Below, piece by piece: positions 1 to 13,694 of a DNA stretch of 64,000 nucleotides. How positions within the stretch are numbered: position 1 is the stretch's first letter; every line of letters starts with the position of its first letter. This stretch comes from Octopus sinensis (lineage: Eukaryota), in NCBI RefSeq assembly GCF_006345805.1, contig NC_043010.1:41106001-41170000 (forward strand), given 5' to 3'. The position numbers were made by a program, and so were the translations under genes. The notes below the pieces were generated by a model. The model saw only the letters and a program-made list of their open reading frames with translations. It did no database searches and was not told the origin of the DNA.

Positions 1-140
1 ATTTATCTTTATTTCATATTGTTATTTTTTGATATTCTGGTTAATTACGAAGTATTTAATGTTGTTTTCATAGGAGTGTTTATGTAATGAGATTGGTTTG
101 AGTTTTTAGTTGTATAATTAATTTATTTATCTGTATGATT

Positions 141-1186
141 GTGGGTGTGTAAATATTGTTGTATATCGAGTTTAGTGAGTATGTATATGCGTATATGTGA
201 GGGAGTATATGTATCTGTTTGTTGTGTGTGTGTTTTTGCGTGTTTGTGTGTTTGTGTGTGAATGTGTATTTTGGGTTTGTTATTTAGGTTTTGGGATGTA
301 TGTTTTAATTTGTCTGGTGGAGGGAGTGGTTTTGGTGTATTTTGATGTTTATAAGTAGTATAGGTTTGTGTATAAGTCTTGGGTCTGTGGTTTACGTGTG
401 TGTATTTGTGTGTGAATGTTAGGTTAGGGGATTGCTAATATACTTTTGTTATAGGGTTTAGCAAAGGGAGATTTTATCGTTATATGCTTTTATGAGTTTT
501 GGTTTCATCTGGTTTTTTTTAGGTAATTCTTGGTAATTTGTCTATTTTCGATGTTGGTTATTTTTTTACATTGTTTTTTCATTCATAATTTTTGAGTGTG
601 TTCGTTTTTGCCACGTGAATACCGGGTGGTGGACTAGCGTTGCTTGGAATTGTGAATGGAATAGTGTATTAGTGAGGTAGGCATAGAGAATGATTGGTTA
701 CTGCAAGTTGTTTGTTAGAGCTGCTAAGTGAGTTTAAAGCTCATAATGTATTTTATGAGTTTTGTGGGTGTGTAAGTATTGTTGTATATGTCGAGTTTAG
801 TGAGTATGTATATGCGGTATAGTGAGGGATTAATATGTATCTGTTTGTGTGTGCGTGTTTTTCGTGTGTGTGTGTGTTTGTGTGTGAATGGTATATGGGT
901 TTGTTATTTAGGTTTTGGGATGTATGTGTTAATTTGTCTGTGTGGGGAGGGAGTGGGTTTTGGTGTATATTGAGTTTTATAAGTTAGTATAGGTATGTGT
1001 ATACGTCGTGGTCTGTGGTTTATGTGTGTGTATTTGTGTTGTGAATGTTTAGGTTAGGGGGATTACTATATAGGTTGTTTTAGAGTTTAGCAAAGGGAGA
1101 TTTTATCGTTATATGTTTTTAAGAGTTTTGTTTTATCATGGTTTTTTTTTTAGGGAATTCGTGGTAATTTGTCTATATTTCGATAT
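141..1186 (+). repeat. Diverged direct repeat of about 410 bp (141-553 and 764-1186), G+T-rich and C-poor
   Basis: Collinear blocks from gtgggtgtgtaa..tattgttgtat to gtctat..ttcgat, period about 623 nt. Confidence 0.75.
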
Positions 1187-1298
1187 GGATTATATATAGG
1201 TTATATATGGATTATATACTTATATTTTTCATTTATACTTTAATTATTTAAAATTATTATTTTATATTTTAAATTTTTGATTTTTTAGATTGGAAAGT

Positions 1299-1341
1299 CC
1301 ACCTGAAGATTGTCGATCAAGACAAGAAACGATTGTAGTGG
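1299..1341 (+). ncRNA. Minimal type-I hammerhead ribozyme motif
   Basis: CCAC-CTGAAGA-TTGTC(gatcaa)GACAA-GAAA-C(gatt)G-TA-GTGG. All three stems pair; GUA cleavage triplet. Confidence 0.8.
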
Positions 1342-1499
1342 CGGTTTTTTTGACTATTATTAAATTTTATGTATTGATTATCTTTCCTTGTTTTTTGCAA
1401 ATAGTGGTTTGTCTCTAATAATATTTTATAATATTTTACTATAAAATTGGATTTAATCCTAAATCTGATTTTTTTTTCCCTGTAAATTTGGATTTATTC

Positions 1500-1577
1500 C
1501 CTAATATTTATTATTTATATATATAATATATATATATATCATATATATATACATATACATATATATATATATATTAC

Positions 1578-1610
<33 letters not shown>

Positions 1611-2490
1611 CTATATATATACATATATATATATTATATATACATATATATATACATATACATATATATATAATAACTATATATATACATATATATATAC
1701 ATATACATATATATATATATATATATATACATATATATATACATATACATATATATATATATATATACATATATAATACATATATATATACATATACTAT
1801 ATACATATATATACATATATATATACATATATCATATAATATTATATATATATATACATATATATCTCATAGATAGTATATATGTATATATATATAATAT
1901 ATCACACAATATATAATACACATACATATACATATATATTACCCTATATGTATACATACATCTATATATATATATATACTACATATAGTATACATACATA
2001 TATAATAAAATACTATATAACAACATATATGTATAAAACTAATAGCTATGTATACATACATATATCTATATTCACATATATAGAATATATATATACATAT
2101 ATGCATACATATATATACATATATATGGTAATATATATATGTATATATACATATATATTACAACTATATATATACATACATATATATAATATACATACAA
2201 TATATACATACATATATATAACATACACATAATACATACATATATATATCATACATATATATACCATACATAGATATACATACATATATATATATACATC
2301 CAATATATACATACATATAATACACATACATATATATACATACATATATAACATATATATATACATACATATAAATATACATACATATATATACATATAT
2401 ATATCTATACTACCATACATATAGACATATACATACATATATATACAGGTATATATCTATATACATATATATACATATATATATATGCAT
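1500..2490. repeat. About 1 kb of (TA)n/(TACA)n compound microsatellite
   Basis: Directly visible. It is the source of the spurious Y/I/C-rich ORFs. Confidence 0.95.
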
Positions 2491-2544
2491 ATTAAAATGT
2501 TTCCCATAAATGAACTTAAAGGCTATATTCTTCTTTTTTTTTTA

Positions 2545-2925
2545 TTCTTTTACTTGTTTCAGTCATATGACTGCAGCCATGCCGGAGCACCACCTTTAGT
2601 TGAGCAAATCAAACCCAGGACTTATTCTTGGTAAGCCTACTACTTATTCTGCTGTTGTCTTTTGCCGAAACACAAAGTTATGGGGACATAAACAGACCAA
2701 TATTGGTTGTCAAGTGATGGAGGGGGTGCAAACACAGACACACACACAAATATATACATATATATGTGACGAGCTTTTTTCTGTTTTTGTCTACCAAATC
2801 CACTCACAAGGTTTTGGTCAGCCCAAGGGTATAGCAGAAGACACTCGCACAAGATGCCACACAGTGGGAGTGAACCCAGAAACATATGGTTGAGAAGCAA
2901 GCTTCTTACCACACAGCCACTTCTC
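2545..2925 (-). mobile_element. SINE family B copy
   Basis: Reverse complement of the 3965-4345 consensus. Confidence 0.8.
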
Positions 2926-3896
2926 TATATATATGTGTGTGTGTGTATGTATATATATATATATATATATGTACACACACACACACACACACACATGCAC
3001 ATACATACATGCATACATGTACGTTGAGTGTTAACTCAATATTGCATATGACTGTTCTTTGCTCTCCCTTCCATATTCCTTTCCAAGTTAAAATACCCTC
3101 TTGATATGTACTCGCACAATGGCAGAAACATACAACAGCATAGTGGAACTAAGACTTCACTTCCTAGAAACGGACAAGCACATTAACGGAAAATAGCACT
3201 CATGCAGGTGACCGCAGAATATACTCAGTTACACATGCATAGTATACAAACACTACATACATACACACGTTATATACATACATTACATATACATCACATA
3301 CGTACATAGACACATGTAGATGTACATTACTTTCTATTACATGCATTAAGCACATTACAACACAACACACATGTATATGTGCACATGCATACACACACAG
3401 AAACACACATTCATACATATACACATACATACATGCGTACATACATACATACATGCGTACATACATACAACATGCGTACATACATACATACATGCGTGCG
3501 TGCGTACATACACACACACACACACAACATACATACATACATACATACTGAGCAGGCAAAGAGCAGTTTAATCAGAGAGAAAAGGCTGCTCCCATAACTT
3601 TTACAGAGCCATGGAGACTATTGGAGTGAAAGAAAAAAAAAAAGAAGAAATTAAAATTCAGGGTTGTAACAGTAAGAAAGCCAAAATACTGAGTTACCCT
3701 TAGACCAGAGAATTTGTATTCAAATTGGCAAAAAGTCTGATAGAATAAGTACCAGTCTTAAAAAATTTAAGTACCGGGGTCAATTTGTTTGACTAAAATT
3801 CTTCAAGGCAGTGCCCCAGCATGCCCAGGTCTAAAGGCTGAAATATATAAAAAAAATAAAACATACACACACACACACCACATATACATATATATG

Positions 3897-3964
<68 letters not shown>

Positions 3965-3972
<8 letters not shown>

Positions 3973-4345
3973 TGTGTGGTAAGTAGCTTGTTTACCAACC
4001 ACATGGTTCCGGGTTCAGTCCCACTGCGTGGCACCTTGGGCAAGTGCCTTCTACTATAGCCTCGGGCCAACCAAAGCCTTGTGAGTGGATTTGGTAGACG
4101 GAAACTGAAAGAAGCCCGTCGTATATATGTATATATATGTATGTGCGTGTATGTTTGTGTGTCTGTGTTTGTCCCCCTAGCATTGCTTGACAACCGATGC
4201 TGGTGTGTTTATGTCCCCATCAGCAAAAGAGACCGATAGATTAAGTACTGGGCTTACAAAGAATAAGTCCCAGGGTCGAGTTGCTCGGTTAAAGGCGCTG
4301 CACCAGCATGGCCACAGTCAAAATGACTGAAACAAGTAAAAAAAA
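3965..4345 (+). mobile_element. tRNA-derived SINE family B with an internal microsatellite
   Basis: A-box TGGCTGTGTGG, B-box GGTTCAGTCC, ccttgggcaagt body, gactgaaacaagtaaaa tail. Confidence 0.85.
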
Positions 4346-4821
4346 TATAGAGAGAGAGAGAGACAGACAGACAGATAGACAGATAGACAGACAGATAGAC
4401 ATGTCAGACAGAAATACATGCTCATACATGCACACACACACACACACACACATGTGTATATAACTAAATATGATAATAATGTTCTTACCTTTCTTCTCTA
4501 CACCCCACAGACATACCACACACCTCACACCACATACCAAAGAGAAAACTTCCAGGTAATTTCTTGACTTGCTAGAAATAGCAAACAAATTTCCCACGAA
4601 CTATATCCTATTGTCTTAAGAACAGAAGAGCACAATGAATAGTGTAGTCCTAGATACATCATGACTGGAAAAGTAGAAAGGTTGATCGGGACTTCAATGC
4701 GTTCAATTATAAATTAGTATTGAACTGGGGACTACAGCCTACACACACCACAATCTATACATACACCCAAGTAAAAATGTGCGGAGATAGTAGCATGTAG
4801 ACTTGGGACAGATAATAATTT

Positions 4822-4832
4822 TGGCAATGAAA

Positions 4833-4892
<60 letters not shown>

Positions 4893-4893
4893 A
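4822..4893. repeat. (GAAA)n microsatellite
   Basis: Perfect tetranucleotide run. Confidence 0.95.
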
Positions 4894-7029
4894 ACTGACA
4901 AGTGATGACTTGCAAATGGCTTTCTTGTGTGAAACTTCTAGAAACAGGTAGACACAATTTGTTGAATGAAAGAGAGAAATACCACAAGATCAGAGTAGTG
5001 ACCTGTGTTGGTTAGTAACAGGTTAACTTTGTGAGTGAGCACAAGAGTGGTGGTGGGTGGACATCAGTCAGTTGGTGAAAGGATTTGTCCAGGAGTGGTG
5101 ACAGACTAATTTAACTGCTACATCTTATCAGAAGTGGTGGTGGTGGTGTTGGTGGTGGTATTAGGGGTGGTCATTGTCCATTGTAATTGTTATCATTATA
5201 GTGATAGCTGTAGATATGATGGCGATGGTGTTGGCAATGTGTAGTGGTGGAGAAGTGAGTAGTAAATTGCTTAATCAATCAACAAAATATGAAGGCAGAC
5301 AGAAGCGGAAGCAGAGCAGGTGAAGATTAGAAGGAAAATAAGAGAGAGAGAGAGAGAGAGTGGGGTAGGAGAGATAGGGAAAGAGATAGAAGGTTGAATA
5401 TGAACGCAAAAAATAGCATCAGATCATGGAAAGGGTTATTAAGAGGTGGGAAGGGCAAATTAAAGAAACCCCTACCAGCATCAGCTGTCTTCAAGATAAT
5501 GACAATTTGACAGAATCGTTATTACAGAGATTATCATCATCATTCCTATTAACTTCATCATCACCAGTTCCCTTCATTAGCACCATGGTCATAATTTAAT
5601 TGTTGCCATCATTATCATGAGAAATACTTCAGGCACTTTAGAATTACACTTCAACAGATTCAGAATTAATACCCAACCACTACTGCCTGCTTCATACACA
5701 CACTTCTGTCTATCACCTGGTTTAACACCATCACCTGACACTTTGGGTGGAGCAGGTTTCTTACCCTCAGAGTTGGAGGCCCTGTTAAAAGCCATGTGCA
5801 CTGTCTTCCTTGTAGAAGACAATAAAAGCAGAAAAGTAATTTGATCTTAACTGGTTCCTTCCTTTTGAACAATCTGTCTATCTGCTAAGAGCAGAATTTA
5901 CCAGTGGTAGGTTAGAAAGTGATGTCAGCCTCCTATTCATCGACAACCCTATGATAATTCTTTTACCTATAGAGTAATTTCCTAACATATTCTGTGATGA
6001 AATGATATATATATATATACACATAAAAGCACAAAATGAAATTAATGAAAAGGAGAAGAAAATTAACAAAATTACCTGATTAAATCCAGGCCTACCTCAA
6101 GGACAACTCTTTCAGCAGAATAATTAGTTACATGGATAATTTTTTCCCCAATAAACATTAAACATTATATAAATGCTTGAAAGATTGCAAAATGTGAAAC
6201 TCAAGTAATGACCAATTATTCAGTTTAAATGAATATATGAATTGTACTTCATGTATTACATATTAACTTGCTTTCATTATTTTTCAAACTGTACTCAGAG
6301 TTTCTCATTACATGCAATCATTCAAACCATTCAGGTGGCAAAATGATGGAGAGGAAGAACTTTGTGTGGCCTAGTTGTGAATACAGTTTTATATTGATTT
6401 TCATTTTTTGTTAGCAGTCAGGTGAAAGGCTGCAGCATGCTTTAGTGGAAGCATTTAGTATTAAAAGATAACTCTGTAAGTATAATCCCTGGAGCAGGAC
6501 AACAAAAGGGGTATTTTGGAAAGGTGAGTAAGGGAGGTGAGGATTCAAAAACTTCGATTCCAACTTTATCAAATTGATAGAAAAAGGTAATACTCAGGGA
6601 TTGTACTAACTACTTTTTGTAATTTTTCAAGTGGTTACATGTAAGCCTTCACACAATCTTTTACCATTTACATGCTTAACCAAAAATATATATCAACAAG
6701 AGAGCACTGCACACTCTAAACTCCAGTCTGACAACATCATTAAAACTGAAACAAAAAAACCTAACCCCACCACCTATATTATAAACACAAAAGCTAAATC
6801 ACTAGCCTCCAGACTAAAATCAGAAACCATCAATCAAACATCTTTCCACAAGTTCACCTTACATTATTTTTAAGGATTATGAAACCAATTTCCCTCTTCA
6901 ATACTAAGTGTATACCACCCACTTCAAAAACAAAAGTAACTGGTTTTGAATACAAAGTGTATACTTGACTCAATTAGCCTTAAGATTATAAATGCTGGGC
7001 AATTAGCACAATGGAACGGCAGTAATAAA

Positions 7030-7960
7030 AAACATAGTAATAATAATGAAATTATCGTGTATAGTACTCAGGTGTACTACAACTCATCAAAGGTGCATCT
7101 ACAGTACATAAAATTATGTACAAAAGTCAAGAAGGTGAACCTGTGTAAGAGTCATGATATACATGTGTGCATGCCTATGGAGCGGGAGGTTACCAGGAGT
7201 AGTGTTGGTAAATTTCAGGAAGCATGGTGGCTTTAAAGGATGCAATGTCTCAGCAACTAACAACTGATGCAGGTAGTTTGTTCCATGCTTCAGCAACTCT
7301 GAGTGTGAAAAAAATGTTTCCAAAAGTCATGGGAGCTGTGCTGTTTTCTGACTTTGTGGGCATGCCCACATGTTAGACACATGAAACTCAAAAAGGTGCT
7401 CGAGGTGGTTGTTGGCATGATGGTTAACAATTTTGTGGGTGTTTACCAAGTTAATTACCAGACATCAGAGCTTCAATGTATCCATGCCCAGGGAAGCAAG
7501 GCATTCAGAGTATGGAAGATGCCTGATGGAGGGTATTCACTCAATTGCACATCTGTGAACAGTTTCCAGAAGGTCAATGTCCTGAGCAAGATAGGGGTTC
7601 TTGACAGGTGATGCAAATTTCAAGTGTAGCTGCACCATAGCCATATACAGCCTTAAACAGATAGCTGGAGAGCGGCTGACAAAGGTCTTACTGAGTGATG
7701 CCACGACACCCTCAGCCTTCTTGACAATTTTAGAGATGTGCTTTGTCCAGCGCAAATCACTGCTGACAGTAATGCCCAGGTCACATTAACAAGAAGACTT
7801 CTTGATATTAGTGTTGTGAAGAGAGTGTGGATACCTTTAACTGAGACCACTTTGTTCTTAGTATTCAAACCATACCCACAGTTCACACTCCCAATCACAT
7901 TTTTTCATCAGACATTAACCCGTATATGTTTAGACTGGGCATAAGCAGCGTCAGTCAAAC
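7030..7960 (-). mobile_element. CR1/L2-like LINE 3' fragment, decayed
   Basis: Minus-strand WTKHISKIVKKA...VQLHLKFASPVKNPYLAQDIDLLETVHRCA resembles the CR1 motif VRPHLEY...WNPY. Also FFSLRVAEAWNKLP. The 3' UTR is shared with 56050-56215 and 59660-59870. Confidence 0.8.
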
Positions 7961-8518
7961 CAGTCTGAGAGCATAGCTTAAAAAAAAAACAAACAAAGTC
8001 TTTATCTCCATTTCTTTGACTAACCTATAAAAACAAATTTACAAGGATCAACTAAATCAATTATATACTACCCTTATATGTCAACAGCCTTGTATCAATA
8101 CCTTGACTCCCATAATCAATAACAACCCAATCACTACAGCTTAATTCCCATAACCAATAACCTAACTAAGACACGGGTTTTATTAAAATTACTTGCTTTT
8201 GATGAAAGACAAAGTCACAACATTTGTAAGTGAACCAATAATCTTTCTATGGGATACATTCATTTTTTTTTACTCATTGGTTGTCAACCAGGGTAATATT
8301 TCGCTATGAACAGACATCTTTTCATGGAATATTGGAAACAAAGGACACTGCTTACATAAAAGTGACACTCATTTATAACGATCATGCGACGTCAAATAAA
8401 GGAGACAGTCACACATACCCACACACCCTCAGAAGTCAAAGAAGCTCCTTCTTTGTTATAAACATCTAATTATTAAAGTGGAGAAATTATCAGAAAAGCC
8501 ATTTCTATTCATCTTTTC

Positions 8519-8550
<32 letters not shown>

Positions 8551-8803
8551 GCAACAATACAATGTTTAAAAATGTTTCTTAAAGCTCCTAACAATACAAG
8601 TCGGATATCACTGGAAAAAACAGAAGCAAAACAAAAGCTCAATTAAAAGGGCTACACTTTTTTTGTGTTTGTTTTATTCCTTTATTTCCATTTTGCAATG
8701 AGGCAACTTTCTAAAACACTTTCAACCCTGTTTAACAATGCTCCATATCTATAATCTCTATTACTTAAGTATTACAAACACACACACACAAATACATATT
8801 TGC

Positions 8804-8838
<35 letters not shown>

Positions 8839-8841
8839 AAG

Positions 8842-8876
<35 letters not shown>

Positions 8877-9079
8877 GTACAAAGTAATAGGGGTTATGGG
8901 ATATCATTTATCCAATATATTGTTGGTAAAATCAGTATTTGTAATATTATCTTATTTATTGATTTATAAAATATTTTGTATGCTTTTGATGTTCTCATTT
9001 GTAAAATGAATAAATAATCTAACATTATAATATCCGTAAGTTGATGAACAAACTAAATTTGTTTCTCCATTTTCCTATT

Positions 9080-9123
<44 letters not shown>

Positions 9124-9236
9124 GTTGGTAAGAACAGTAAGATAACAAAAGAAAGAAAGAGTCCTCGATATTATGTAAATAGAGGAAATTTATCTGTAAA
9201 ATAATATGTGACAATTATTCGGTAGCCAAGAGGCCA

Positions 9237-9297
9237 GATAACTGAAGAGATCGTGTTGTGGATTTCCACCTTGGCATCCGAAACTCAGAGTTTTATC
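9237..9297 (+). ncRNA. Hammerhead-like motif inside a long inverted repeat
   Basis: GATAA-CTGAAGA-(degenerate stem II, 9249-9279)-GAAA-CTCaGAG-TT-TTATC. Stem I continues into an approximately 45-bp fold-back. Confidence 0.6.
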
Positions 9298-9567
9298 TTG
9301 GCTACCGAATAATTATCACATATTAATTTACAGATATATATATATATATATATATGTCTGTGCACGTGTGTCTGTATGTAACAGTGTATCCAAAAGGTCT
9401 TTTAACTTGATATTTGCACACTATTATTTATAGGTTTCTGCTTTGAGTTCAACCATTAAAAACAAATTATTTCACACTCTCTCAAGGTTTCTAAATTCTT
9501 ATGGTGACAGCAACATACATATACATAATATATTATATATATATATATATATGAATACACACACATG

Positions 9568-9605
<38 letters not shown>

Positions 9606-10110
9606 TGCACACATACATACACACATGCAGACATACATAAATACATATTAATATATGTACATGTACATATGTTCGTTATATTAATATCAACAATACAGCA
9701 AGCAGTTTAGTAGCTATACGAATATACAATAATAGACAAGAATGTGCTCTGTTATACAAACATGAAACAATACTACACATGTTTCACTAATTATGTGTAA
9801 ATACATATCTACATGCAAGAAAAGTATCATTGTTAACGGGTCTTTGGCTCATTATGATAGCTATGACATGAAGAGGTGTTTGATGTGGTATTAGTGTAAT
9901 ATTCGTTATCACACAATGCTTCTTTGTGGTTTAGCACTTGAATAGTCACGCAATCACTTAGATTCATGCCTATTCAGGAAGGCACTAATTATCAGAATTC
10001 AAACATCTATTGTGCAATATGGAAGATGTAATTATTCTCTGATCCTGTAATTTCAAATCTGGGTTTAACTAATTTTTTGTCAAGTGTATAGTTTTGAATA
10101 TTAAAAGTGA

Positions 10111-10442
10111 TTTTTATCTCTGCCTTAGCAAAGACGGAGGTATAGCTTCCAGTCACGTTTGTTTGTTTGTCTGTGGACAAAATATCTCAAGAACCGCTGG
10201 ATGGATTCAGATAAGACTTTCAGGGATTTTTACTCTCATGAACTGATTAGATTTTGCGATTGATCAGGTACCGGATAAGGATTCTGGATTATTTTTCCAG
10301 TTTTTTTACTTAGTATTCTTGTTTGTGAGAGCAGTCAAGTTTATTTCAGATATTCTCATTTTAAAAATCATCTCTGGCTAATTGTTGAGAGAACATTGGT
10401 GCCACCTTGCCAAAGCTTTAAGCTCTCTGAGTGCTCTTGTTT
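10111..10442 (+). mobile_element. Non-autonomous Helentron-associated (HINE/DINE-1-like) element
   Basis: 5' tttatctctgcc...ggagg, (GTTT/GTCT) microsatellite, 3' ccttg.caaag...gctctctgagtgctcttgttt. No TSD. Confidence 0.55.
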
Positions 10443-10665
10443 GTAACTGTAATCAGAAGGATAAAACAGAGGTATTTGAAGGAGTGTACTTCAGACTCTT
10501 CAATGAGAATGATTAGTCCAATAAGAAGGAGCATTGAGGTAATGAGAAAATAGTCTGATTTACCAATACAGTTACAACAGACCCTATCTACTTCTAATAT
10601 ACTGAGAACTTGGCATTTTTGATCAGAAACAAAAACAAATGATAGATAGACAGACAGACAGATAG

Positions 10666-10722
<57 letters not shown>

Positions 10723-11844
10723 ATATATTTATTGTCTGTTTTAACAGAACTACCTGATCCTTCTGAGGATAGCTTCCTTCCTTCCATCCAGTAATCTCAA
10801 GGGCCTGAAGGGCCTGAAAAGGGTTGTTGGTAGTACTTTTTCTCCTTTAACTAAGTCCACAAAGAAAACCTAAATAGTAAACAAAATCCCAAATATCTAG
10901 ATGTGATAATCTACACACTGACAAGGTGAATCAAGGCAATGTGTGTAATTCAGCCCAGAGCATAATGAAACACTTACAATAAACTGGAATTCGGTACCAC
11001 CTTTGAGCAAGTCATTCAACAGCCCTAAATGATCAGTCATGTTGCTTCCACAACATAAAGGACATATTATAGCAACTCACAAAGATATCATGGAATTAGT
11101 TAGTTCAGATCAATTCACAATACCAGGGGTTAGAAACAGTTCACACACGTGCACATTGTTAACAAACATACACATGTCTGCACATGCAAGGACATGCATG
11201 AAATTATCAGTAGTGCATACAACCTGCTCTTCTTGTCAGTATATTTTCATTCCTCTGTGATACATGGCAATCTGATCATCAATGGTAGACCAAAGTTGTT
11301 GCCTGGCCCTTCAGTGACTTTAGCCATATCCACTCAGTTGCAAGCATTCGGACCAGGCTTCCAGTTGAAGATTACTCAACATTTTGATGTACTGCTTCCA
11401 ACTGCATCTTCCTTGCATGGTGTCACTGTTTTGTTTATTTTTTTTTTTTAAGAAGGCAACAAAAGTAGAAGAACTTCACCAATGGGAGCCCAACACCAGA
11501 TGTAACAGAAGCCCAGTCCTGTAAGCAATATCTCAGAAAGCTGCTGTGTTTTCAACAAGACATACAGTGATCAAAGAAGTGACTTGAGCAAATTGTGGTT
11601 TCTTTTTTTGTTTTCCATACTAGATTTAGAGGTCCAGCAAAGGTTATCAGAAACAATCTTGCTCCTCCCTTGACTAATTATTTGGTGATTAAACAAAATT
11701 CTTCAAATTGTCCACCAAAGAAACAATCATAATAATAATGTTCACAAAAGAAAAGCAAAATGACATAAAAAGAAATTACTGTCCTCATAAGTCAAACAAA
11801 ATGTAAAATATTTTTTTCAATAGAATAATTTAACATTAAGATGG

Positions 11845-12285
11845 TAAGATGGCAGAATCATTAGCATGTTGAGCAAAATGCTTAGCAGCATTTGGCCTGC
11901 CTTCATGCACCGCTGAGATTGACTTAGTTTTTCATCCTTTTGGAGTGAATAAAGTAAATATCAGTTGGGTACTAGAGTCAATGTAATTGACTTAACCACC
12001 CCACCCCACAAACTTGCTGGCCTTGCACCAAAATCTGAAACCAATATCATGGTTTAATATTAAGGCAGCAAGCTGATAGAGTTGTTGGCAATGCTGAAGA
12101 AAATGCTTAGCAATATTCCATCCATTTGTATGTCAAGTCAAGTTCAAATTCCGCCATGGTCGATTTTGCCTTTCATCCTTTCGGGGTCAATAAAGTAAGT
12201 ACCAGTCAAGCACTAGGGTTGATGTAATAAACTTACCCCTTTCCTCAAAATTTCAGGCCTTGTGCTTACTGAAGAAAGGAATATT
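11845..12285 (+). mobile_element. Two adjacent diverged SINE family A copies
   Basis: Heads at about 11845 and 12060, each followed by the family body. Confidence 0.7.
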
Positions 12286-12683
12286 ATGGTTCAACATTTA
12301 TACTCTTTTCATAAGTATATACTTTTCTCCTTTTCTTCAGTTTCATTGTGACACCCTGTAAATACCACCCCCACCTACAAATATTCAAGTTCACAAGTCT
12401 CAAACATCTGGCCTATAATGGTCAGTGCTAATGCCCCACTCCCTCAACCATTAAATAAAAGAACTAAAAAAATCCATCTCACTGACTGAAGCAAATATTA
12501 ATCATACCTATTCATAACAACCTGTATAAACACATCCATATAATGTAATACTACAATTCATGATCAGTGAGAACAAAGACGACAATTAATTTAATCCTCA
12601 TAAGCTTCAATAACAGATCAAATCTAGTATATTTTCACTTGTTTATGTGTGTATGCTCATACATACATTGTATATATATATAT

Positions 12684-12987
12684 ATCATCATCATCATCAT
12701 CATCATCATCGTTTAGCGTCCGCTTTCCATGCTAGCATGGGTTGGACAGTTCAACTGGGGTCTGGGAAGCCAGAAGGCAGCACCAGGCCCAGTCTGATCT
12801 GGCAATGTTTCTACAGCTGGATGCCCTTCCTAACGCCAACCACTCCATGAGTGTAGTGGGTGCTTTTTACGTGCCACGAGGCTGGCAAACAGCCACAATC
12901 GGATGGTGCTTTTTACATGCCACTGGCACGGAGGCCAGGCGAGGCTGGCAATGGCCATGAATGGATGGTGCTTTTTACGTGCCACCG
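12684..12987 (-). mobile_element. Family C copy
   Basis: (CAT)n followed by the reverse-complement body. More diverged copies occur at about 15490-15690, 22595-22760, 23432-23700, 45655-45810 and 61470-61640. Confidence 0.8.
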
Positions 12988-13345
12988 ATATATATATAGG
13001 AGTATGTATGTATAAATATATATATATATATATATATGATGCTATAGTACGTTAAATTCAACTTGCATTGAAAGTCAACAAAGTTTACTTTAGAAGCGTT
13101 GAGATGTATTGAGAGATAAGGAAATAATTTTTTCTCAAACACAGGATGATGCTAATATAGCATGAACAGGATAAACAATCTTTATTTTGCCAACAGATTT
13201 TTCTGCAAAATATGCATAATATATCCTGTTCATGCTATCTTATATGCATTATCCAGCATTTGAGAATAAAATCATTTCCTAATCTGTGTGTGTATATATA
13301 TATATATATATATTTATATATGCACATATTGGGGGCTATGTATGC

Positions 13346-13381
<36 letters not shown>

Positions 13382-13460
13382 ATATATATATATATATATA
13401 CATACATATATACACACATGTACGTATATGTATGTATGTGTGTGTGTGTGTAACGTATTC

Positions 13461-13496
13461 CTTTCTGTTGAAGAGTGTAGGCTCAAAATGTAAAAG
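13461..13496 (+). ncRNA. Decayed hammerhead relic
   Basis: CTTT-CTGTTGA-a-GAGT(gtag)GCTC-AAAA-TG-TA-AAAG. Stems I and II are intact; the core carries substitutions. Confidence 0.4.
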
Positions 13497-13645
13497 ACTT
13501 TCTCACTTTCATGAGCAGTAAACTAATACACCTGTCTTCGTCTTTTGTTTTTCTGTAAATTTCAACTATATATATATATACTAATACAATTGTTTGTTTA
13601 TATTTCACCTGCCTTCCTCTTTTGTTTATTTTCATAAAGCTTCCC

Positions 13646-13694
<49 letters not shown>

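Noticed and set aside
605-650. ccacGTGAATA as a hammerhead in the first tandem copy
   Set aside because: Two core mismatches, no GAAA, and not collinear with the 1299 motif.
779-4193. Many ORFs rich in Y/I/C/V/H/T here and throughout the window
   Set aside because: They are translations of (TA)n/(CA)n microsatellites and SINEs, with no protein signal.
5589-5844. ORFs at 5589-5844 and the possible minus-strand exon near 10750-10810 as FAM184 3' exons
   Set aside because: Splice-like sites exist, but the peptides are not coiled-coil or recognisable; unresolved without RNA data.
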